From Longivirga aurantiaca (GTDB lineage: Bacteria; Actinomycetota; Actinomycetes; S36-B12; CAIYMF01): a DNA stretch of 32,000 nucleotides. The number at the start of each line of letters is the position of its first letter. The stretch's first letter is position 1. Shown piece after piece: positions 26,673 to 32,000 of the stretch. Below the pieces are notes generated by a model, which saw only the letters and a program-made list of their open reading frames with translations, had not been told where the DNA came from and did no database searches. The position numbers and the translations under genes were made by a program. The stretch spans positions 120,001 through 152,000 of the forward strand of contig NZ_JBHSTI010000008.1 in the NCBI RefSeq assembly GCF_042660085.1. The letters are read 5' to 3'.

Positions 26673-27182
26673 ATGAGGCGCGGGCGACGTACCGTGCTTC
26701 CCGTGAGCCAGGACGACGCGACCAGCCCCGCACCCGACACCGCAGCCGCGCCGCGCGGCGCGCACCCGGTTCTCGTCTACACCGGGCTGCGGCTGCTGCT
26801 GCTCGCCGTCACCGCGGGCGTGCTGTGGCTGATCGGGCTGCGCGAGCCGTTGATCCTGCTGGTGTTCGCGTTCCTCATCTCCGGCGTGATCTCGGTGTTC
26901 GCCCTCAACCGCAGGCGCGAGGTCGCCGCGGTCGAGGTGGTGACCGCGGTGCAGAAGGTCAACCAGCGCATCGAGGAGTCGGCGAGCTCGGAGGACACGC
27001 TCGAGGACGACCTCGCCGACCTGGGTCCGGACCCGGCGGCGGGCCGCCCGGACGGGAGCGGCCGGGCAGGCGCCTTCCCGGGTGCCAACGCCGCTCCGGC
27101 CGCACCCGCCCCCAAGCCGTCCAAGCGCGAGATCCCGGCCGACGACGACCTCGACGACCTCGAGCCGACCGACCGCCCCTGA
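26673..27182 (+). CDS. DUF4229-like small membrane protein with an acidic disordered tail
   Basis: It is the tail of track ORF 26376..27182. It shows the pattern HPVLVYTGLRLLLLAVTAGVLWLIG...LLVFAFLISGVISVFALNRRRE. The start is uncertain: ATG 26673, GTG 26694 or GTG 26703. Confidence 0.55.
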   Translation: MRRGRRTVLPVSQDDATSPAPDTAAAPRGAHPVLVYTGLRLLLLAVTAGVLWLIGLREPLILLVFAFLISGVISVFALNRRREVAAVEVVTAVQKVNQRIEESASSEDTLEDDLADLGPDPAAGRPDGSGRAGAFPGANAAPAAPAPKPSKREIPADDDLDDLEPTDRP

Positions 27183-27199
27183 CCCCCGCCTCACTCACC

Positions 27200-27235
27200 G
27201 AAGTGCCAGAGAGCCACGAGGTTCTCGGGCACTTC
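27200..27235. terminator. Bidirectional hairpin between the convergent DUF4229 gene and menA
   Basis: The outer stem pairs GAAGTGCC (27200-27207) with GGCACTTC (27228-27235). The inner stem pairs GAGAGCC (27209-27215) with GGTTCTC (27220-27226) around the loop ACGA. It lies between the stops at 27182 (+) and 27255 (-). Confidence 0.55.
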
Positions 27236-27254
27236 CGTACGTGAGACCAGCGGG

Positions 27255-28304
27255 TCAGAACGACGCGACGACGAGGCCGAGCGACAGCAGCACGGCGTAC
27301 CCCAGCAGCAGCTTGCCCGTGCCCGCGAGCACCGGCACGAGGTCGCGCCCGAGCGCGCCGCCGCGCACGACCTGCGCGGGTCGCAGGGCGAGCGGCAGCG
27401 CGAGGAGCGCGAGCAGCGCCCACCACGTGACGGTCGGCGCGAGGCCGAGCGCGATGCCGAACGGGAGCGCGAGCGAGGCGAGGTACGCCGCCCGCGTGCG
27501 TGCGTCGCCGAGGCGCACGGCCAGCGTGCGCTTGCCGCTGACGGTGTCGGTGGGGATGTCGCGCAGGTTGTTGGCGAGCAGGATGCCGACCGACAGCGAC
27601 CCGCACGCCACGCCACCCGCGACCGCGAGCCACGAGATCGACAACGTCTGCACGTACGTCGTACCCACCACGGCGACGAGGCCGAAGAACACGAACACGA
27701 AGGCCTCGCCGAGCCCGGCGTAGCCGTAGGGGCTCGGGCCGCCGGTGTAGAACCACGCCGCGACGATCGCGGCCGCGCCGACGAGCAGCAGCCACCAGGC
27801 CTGGGTGATGAGCACGAGCGCCAGTCCGGCGAGCGCGGCGACGCCGAACATCGCGAACGCCGCGAGCTTCACCGAGCGCGGGGAGGCGAGGCCCTGGCCG
27901 ACGAGCCGCACCGGGCCGACGCGGGCGTCGTCGGTGCCGCGGATGCCGTCGCTGTAGTCGTTCGCGTAGTTGACGCCCACCTGCAGCGCGAGCGCGACGA
28001 CGAGGGCGAGCACCGCGCGCAGCACGAACTGGACCCAGGTGGTGGCAGCGGTCGCGTCGAGGAGCGGCAGAAGCGACGGGTCGACGGCGAGGTCGATGTT
28101 CGTGACGGTCACGAGCGAGTGGTCAGCGGGAATCCCCACCGGCAGGTCGGTGAGCCTGGCCGCGACCTCGCGGGCGCCGTCGGTCAGCCGGATGAGCGAT
28201 CCGATCTCCCACCAGGCGACCGCCGTACCGACCAGCACGGGGGCGAGCGCCGCCGGGAGGGTGCGTGGGCGTGCGCCCTGCCACCACTGCCCGGGAGTCG
28301 CCAC
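27255..28304 (-). CDS. menA: 1,4-dihydroxy-2-naphthoate polyprenyltransferase
   Basis: It has UbiA-family and MenA motifs (QWWQGARPRTLPAA, GVNYANDYSDGIRGTD, NNLRDIPTD, KRTLAVRLG). GTG 28304 gives a typical MenA N-terminus (VATPGQWWQGARPRTL). ATG 28379 would add an R/G/A-rich 25-aa extension. Confidence 0.85.
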   Translation of the reverse strand: MATPGQWWQGARPRTLPAALAPVLVGTAVAWWEIGSLIRLTDGAREVAARLTDLPVGIPADHSLVTVTNIDLAVDPSLLPLLDATAATTWVQFVLRAVLALVVALALQVGVNYANDYSDGIRGTDDARVGPVRLVGQGLASPRSVKLAAFAMFGVAALAGLALVLITQAWWLLLVGAAAIVAAWFYTGGPSPYGYAGLGEAFVFVFFGLVAVVGTTYVQTLSISWLAVAGGVACGSLSVGILLANNLRDIPTDTVSGKRTLAVRLGDARTRAAYLASLALPFGIALGLAPTVTWWALLALLALPLALRPAQVVRGGALGRDLVPVLAGTGKLLLGYAVLLSLGLVVASF

Positions 28305-28414
28305 GGCCGAGATCCTGTCAGCCCGCGCCCCACCCCGCGCGCCACCCCCAGCGCGAGCACGATCACGAGTACGGGTCATGGCGCGCAGCCCAGCCGCCTT
28401 GATCGACCCCAGGG

Positions 28415-28447
28415 GTCAACGAGTGCAGTTGAGGTGCACTCGTCGAC
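28415..28447 (-). terminator. Hairpin downstream of PLDc_N gene copy 2
   Basis: GTCAACGAGTGCA (28415-28427) pairs with TGCACTCGTCGAC (28435-28447) at 12 of 13 positions around a 7-nt loop. It lies 34 nt past the stop at 28481 on the minus strand. Confidence 0.5.
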
Positions 28448-28480
28448 CCGTAGTCGTGATCTTGAGGCGGCTGGAGCAGG

Positions 28481-28873
28481 TCAGGCGCCGCCGTCCTGCT
28501 GGTTGCGCCTCTGCTCGGCCTCCAGGGCGGCGAGCTTGGCCTCCCACTTCTTGAGCGACTGCTCGTGCTCGCGGTCGATGCGGGCCATCTCGGCCATGAA
28601 GGCGGGGTCGTCCTCGTTGCGCTTGTACGCCGTACGCGGTCGCTCGTCCGCAGGGAAGCCCGAGCCGATCCGCCACTGCCCGCCGGCCGAGGTGCGCACG
28701 GGGCGCCCGGCCACGAGCCACGCGATACCGCCGACCAGCGGCAGAAGGATGATGAGCACGATCCACCACCCCTTCTCGAGGTTGCGGACGAGGTGCGGCG
28801 GCGACTGGATGCAGTCGACGAGGCAGAACACCAGCAGCGCGATCTCGACGAGATACGGCAGAACACGGATCAC
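28481..28873 (-). CDS. PLD-nuclease N-terminal (PLDc_N) domain membrane protein, copy 2
   Basis: GTG 28873 is preceded by GGGGG with 7-nt spacing. It shows the pattern LVDCI...LEKGWWIVLIILLPLVGGIAWLVAGRP, followed by EDDPAFMAEM and a charged helical tail. It aligns along its length with the product of 26269..26625. Confidence 0.65.
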   Translation of the reverse strand: MIRVLPYLVEIALLVFCLVDCIQSPPHLVRNLEKGWWIVLIILLPLVGGIAWLVAGRPVRTSAGGQWRIGSGFPADERPRTAYKRNEDDPAFMAEMARIDREHEQSLKKWEAKLAALEAEQRRNQQDGGA

Positions 28874-29000
28874 AGCGGAACCCCCGAACGCGGCCCGTCG
28901 CGTCGACCCCCTGCCGCGCGTCCGTCCGAGCCGCGCCGGACGCTACCGGCTCGCGGGGGCCGGAGTCCCGCGCAGCGCCGTCGGTTCACGCGTCCGGCAG

Positions 29001-29037
29001 AGGACAGATCGCGCCCCAGGAGGGCGCCTTCTGTCCT
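29001..29037 (-). terminator. Hairpin downstream of menE
   Basis: The outer stem pairs AGGACAGA (29001-29008) with TCTGTCCT (29030-29037). The inner stem pairs GCGCCC (29011-29016) with GGGCGC (29022-29027) around the loop CAGGA. It begins 13 nt past the menE stop at 29050. Confidence 0.5.
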
Positions 29038-29049
29038 GAGCGGGGGAAT

Positions 29050-30237
29050 TCACGCACGGGGGAGTGACCGCAGGGCGGCGCGGTCGGGCTTGCCGTTGGG
29101 CAGCAGGGGTACGGCGTCGATCCGCACCCACGCGCGCGGCACGGCGGCGCGGCCGAGCCGCGCGATCACCGCGGCGCCGAGCGCCTCGGTATCGGACACG
29201 TCCGCGCCCGGGCCTGGCCGCACGACGTACGCCGTGAGCCGCGCGCCCCAGCGGTCGTCCGGCTCGGCCAGCACCACCGCGCCGCCGCACAGGGGACCGA
29301 GCACGTCCTCCACCGCGGTGACCGCGACGTTCACGCCGCCCACCTGCACCACGTCGTCCAGCCGTCCGAGCACCTCGAGCCGACCGTCGACGATCCGCCC
29401 GGCGTCGGGCGTGCGGTGCCAGCCGTCGACGAACGCCTCGGCCGTCGCGACGTCGTCACCGAGGTAGCCGCGGGCGAGCATCGGGCCCGACACCTCGATG
29501 CGGCCGGTGGCCTCGTCGATCCGGAACGACGCGCCCGGCAGCGGCACGCCGTCGTAGACGATGCCGCCGCACGTCTCGGTCATGCCGTACGTCGGCACCG
29601 CGACGACGTGCGCCGCGCGCAGCCGGGCCAGCAGCTCCGGGGGGGTGCGGGCGCCGCCGAGCAGCACGGCGTCGTACGCCTGGAGAGCGGCGAGGCCCTC
29701 GGGGTCGTCGAGCAGGATCGCCGCCTGCGTCGGCACGATCGAGGTGCAGCCCGGCAGCGACGGGTCGAGGCGCCAGGTGGCCGCCGCGAACTCCGCGACG
29801 GTGAAGCGCGACGCACCGCCGACCGACGGCAGCACCTCGGGCTCGGTCGAGCTCATGAGCGAGCGCATCAGCACCTGCAGGCCGCCGACCGACGTGACGG
29901 GCAGCGCCAGGCTCCACGCCGCAGCGCCGCCGACGAGCGTGACCAGCGCGGCCTCGGCGGAGGCGAGCAGGGCCGACGCCGGCAGCAGGACGCCGCGCGG
30001 CGCCCCGGTCGATCCGCTGGTGGCAAGCACGACGGCGATGTCGTCGTCGACGGTGGCCGCGGGATCCGGGAGCACGGCCGCACGTGCCCGCGCGGCAGCG
30101 GGCTCGTCACCGGCGGGAGCGACGGCGAGTGCAGGACCGTCGCCCGCGAGCGCCTCGGGCAGCAGGTCGAGCAGCGCCTCGACCCCGACGGGGCCGGGCA
30201 CGACGTCCACGCGTCGGAGGTCGCGCTGCCTGCTCAC
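29050..30237 (-). CDS. menE: o-succinylbenzoate--CoA ligase (short actinobacterial form)
   Basis: It is a 395-aa ORF starting at GTG 30237. It has a reduced AMP-binding signature (VLATSGSTGAPRGV), plus YGMTET, GD.G and a NGK.D tail. It sits among menaquinone genes, like Rv0542c. Confidence 0.8.
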   Translation of the reverse strand: MSRQRDLRRVDVVPGPVGVEALLDLLPEALAGDGPALAVAPAGDEPAAARARAAVLPDPAATVDDDIAVVLATSGSTGAPRGVLLPASALLASAEAALVTLVGGAAAWSLALPVTSVGGLQVLMRSLMSSTEPEVLPSVGGASRFTVAEFAAATWRLDPSLPGCTSIVPTQAAILLDDPEGLAALQAYDAVLLGGARTPPELLARLRAAHVVAVPTYGMTETCGGIVYDGVPLPGASFRIDEATGRIEVSGPMLARGYLGDDVATAEAFVDGWHRTPDAGRIVDGRLEVLGRLDDVVQVGGVNVAVTAVEDVLGPLCGGAVVLAEPDDRWGARLTAYVVRPGPGADVSDTEALGAAVIARLGRAAVPRAWVRIDAVPLLPNGKPDRAALRSLPRA

Positions 30238-30309
30238 GCCTCTCAGCCTAGGGTTGTCGGTGCAGGCGCTCTCCCGCGACGGGAGGCGCGGACGAGGCGG
30301 AGGACGCGG

Positions 30310-30471
30310 ATGGCCACCGAGGCGCAGCCGACCCCGCCCGTCGACGGCGCGCCGACGCCGGAAGAGCCGACAGCCGACGATGCCCGGGAGCGCACGACGC
30401 AGGAGCGGCTCCGGTCGATCGGCGCGCGGGCGAAGTCGATCTGGTGCGGAATCCTGAGCGGCCTCGGATGA
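30310..30471 (+). CDS. Candidate 53-aa small protein translationally coupled to menC (unverified)
   Basis: ATG 30310 lies 5 nt after GGAGGA (30299-30304). About 48 of 53 codons end in G or C. The stop TGA 30469-30471 overlaps the menC ATG (ATGA). It is only visible as the tail of the artefactual track ORF 29416..30471. I recognise no homology. Confidence 0.35.
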   Translation: MATEAQPTPPVDGAPTPEEPTADDARERTTQERLRSIGARAKSIWCGILSGLG

Positions 30472-31478
30472 CCCTCACCGTCGACGAGGCGGTGCCGTTC
30501 GCGCTGCCCCTGTCGCGACGTTTCCGTGGCACGACCCTGCGCGAGGGCGTCCTCGTGCGCGTGGGGGACCGGTGGGGCGAGTGGGCGCCGTTCCCCGAGT
30601 ACGACGACGTCACAGCCGCGCGCTGGCTGCGCGCGGCCCTCGAGCAGGCGCGAGGCGACTGGCCGGACGCCGTCCGCTCGTCGGTGCCGGTCAACGCGAT
30701 CGTCCCCGCGCTCGACCCGGCCGAGGTCGGCGCGCTGGTGCTCGACGCCGTCCAGGTCGACGGCTGCACCACGATCAAGGTGAAGGTCGGCGAGCCGGGC
30801 CAGGTCTTCGCCGCCGACGTCGCCCGCATCGCCGAGGTGCGCGCGGTCCTCGACGCCTGCGGTGCGGCCGAGGCGCTGATCCGGGTCGACGTCAACGGCG
30901 CCTGGACCGTCGAGGAGGCCGCCGAGCGACTTGTCGTGCTGGCCGATGTCGCCCTCGGCCTCGAGTACGCCGAGCAGCCGTGCACCACGCTCGCCGAGCT
31001 CGCGGACCTGCGCACGCGGATCGACGTGCCGGTTGCGGTGGACGAGGGCGTGCGCCTCGCGGGCGAGCTCTCCGACCCCGCGCTCGACGCAGTCCGCGAC
31101 GCGGCGGACGTCGTGATCCTCAAGGCCATCCCGCTCGGCGGCGTACGCCGTGCCCTCGAGCTGGCCGAGCGCATCGGTCGACCCGTGACGGTGAGCGGCT
31201 CGCTCGACTCCAGCGTGGGTCTCGCGGCGGGTCTCGCGCTGGCCGGCGCCCTGCCCGACCTCGGGCACGCGTGCGGCCTCGGCACCGGACGGCTGCTCGC
31301 GGCCGACCTCACCGCGCGCACGCTCCTGCCCGAGGACGGCAGACTGTCGGTCGTGCGCCTCGCCCCCGATCCCGACCGGCTCGCCTCCGCCGCAGCTCTG
31401 CTCGCCGACGACCGTCGCGGGTGGTGGGCCGCCCGGCTCGACCGCTGCCTCGCCGTCCTCGAGGAGGGCACCGCATGA
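30468..31478 (+). CDS. menC: o-succinylbenzoate synthase (enolase superfamily)
   Basis: The start is ATG 30468 (MTLTVDEAVPFALPLSRRFRGTTLREGVLV...GEWAPFPEY). It has metal-ligand and KxK-type motifs (TIKVKVG, RVDVNGAW, EYAEQP, VDE). The alternative GTG 30444 adds 8 aa. Confidence 0.85.
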   Translation: MTLTVDEAVPFALPLSRRFRGTTLREGVLVRVGDRWGEWAPFPEYDDVTAARWLRAALEQARGDWPDAVRSSVPVNAIVPALDPAEVGALVLDAVQVDGCTTIKVKVGEPGQVFAADVARIAEVRAVLDACGAAEALIRVDVNGAWTVEEAAERLVVLADVALGLEYAEQPCTTLAELADLRTRIDVPVAVDEGVRLAGELSDPALDAVRDAADVVILKAIPLGGVRRALELAERIGRPVTVSGSLDSSVGLAAGLALAGALPDLGHACGLGTGRLLAADLTARTLLPEDGRLSVVRLAPDPDRLASAAALLADDRRGWWAARLDRCLAVLEEGTA

Positions 31479-32000
31479 ACCCCAGCACGGCGATGGCGCG
31501 GGTCCTGGTCGACGAGCTCGTCGCCGGGGGGGTGACCGAGGTCGTGCTCGCGCCCGGCAGCCGCAGCGCGGCGCTCGCGATCGCGCTCGCCGAGGCCGAT
31601 GAGCGCGACGACCTGCGTCTGCACGTGCGCGTGGACGAGCGCAGCGCGGGCTTCCTCGCCCTCGGTCTCGCCAAGGTGGCCAAGGAGCCGGTCGCCGTCG
31701 TGACGACCAGCGGCACCGCCGTCGCCAACCTGCTGCCCTCACTGGTGGAGGCGTCGTACGCCGGGGTGCCGGTGATCGTCATCAGCGCAGACCGGCCGGC
31801 CGAGCTCCGCGACACCGGTGCGCACCAGACGATCGACCAGGTGAAGATCTTCGGCACCACCGTGCGCTGGTCGACCGAGGTGGCCGTGGCCGAGGCGCGC
31901 GTGGGCCAGGTGCGCTACTGGCGCTCGGTCGTGGCGCGCGCGATCTCGGTGGCGACCGAGGTCGGCTCGTCGGGGCCCGTGCACCTCAACGTCGCGTTCC
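31475..32000 (+). CDS. menD: 2-succinyl-5-enolpyruvyl-6-hydroxy-3-cyclohexene-1-carboxylate synthase, 3' end outside the window
   Basis: ATG 31475 overlaps the menC stop (ATGA). The frame stays open to the window end (MNPSTAMARVLVDELVAGGVTEVVLAPGSRSAALAIAL...VDERSAGFLALGLAK...TSGTAVANLLP), which is the ThDP-enzyme N-terminal domain typical of MenD. It is absent from the track because no stop lies in the window. Confidence 0.9.
   Translation, partial: MNPSTAMARVLVDELVAGGVTEVVLAPGSRSAALAIALAEADERDDLRLHVRVDERSAGFLALGLAKVAKEPVAVVTTSGTAVANLLPSLVEASYAGVPVIVISADRPAELRDTGAHQTIDQVKIFGTTVRWSTEVAVAEARVGQVRYWRSVVARAISVATEVGSSGPVHLNVAF

Noticed and set aside
28305-28379. ATG 28379 as the menA start.
   Set aside because: It adds MTRTRDRARAGGGARGGARADRISA, which is low-complexity. 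GTG 28304 reproduces the usual MenA N-terminus. This is retained as an alternative because neither start has a strong SD.
1-32000. A search for CRISPR arrays, tRNA/rRNA genes, IS elements, integrases, toxin-antitoxin pairs and defence-system signatures.
   Set aside because: I found no repeat-spacer periodicity, cloverleaf-like segments, transposase or integrase motifs, or defence-type ATPase or nuclease genes. Apart from 7893-7969, composition appears uniform. Gene content and order match a conserved actinobacterial core region.

Overview
The window is very GC-rich DNA with actinobacterial gene content; the composition was judged by eye and no statistics were computed. It is densely packed with about 38 protein genes and has no rRNA, tRNA, CRISPR array, transposase or integrase. 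Gene order matches, from memory, the conserved core block of Mycobacterium tuberculosis Rv0498 to Rv0555. It starts with a sugar-phosphate isomerase, a TetR regulator, proline dehydrogenase, proC and an HDAC/AcuC-like deacetylase. Next come a small excisionase-type HTH protein, the 32-aa ribosomal protein bS22 (absent from the ORF track), a GalE2-like epimerase and a PlsC-like acyltransferase. An accessory patch follows: a RibD-C/DHFR-like protein, an HxlR regulator, a PaaI thioesterase, a HAD-IB hydrolase, an acyl-CoA ligase and a glutaredoxin-like protein. An iron patch follows: bfr, bfd and an acyl-ACP desaturase. After that comes a tightly translationally coupled run of rex-hemA-hemC-(cobA/hemD)-hemB-hemL-histidine phosphatase, and then the system II cytochrome c maturation genes (TlpA/ResA-like lipoprotein, ccdA, resB, ccsB). 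The window ends with menaquinone genes (menA, menE, menC, menD) interleaved with small membrane proteins. I do not see a convincing novel multi-gene system, and the window looks like housekeeping respiratory-cofactor DNA. These items deserve a second look:
- A 77-bp AT-rich palindromic element with perfect 22-nt arms at 7893-7969.
- A 53-codon ORF with a strong Shine-Dalgarno site, translationally coupled to menC.
- Two paralogous PLDc_N-type membrane proteins bracketing menA.
- An insertion of roughly 60 aa in MenA.
- A perfect Rex-operator palindrome upstream of rex.
- An IdeR/DtxR-like iron box overlapping a probable leaderless bfd promoter.
- Several other probable leaderless genes.
Many long ORFs in the supplied track are GC-driven alternate-frame or antisense artefacts.
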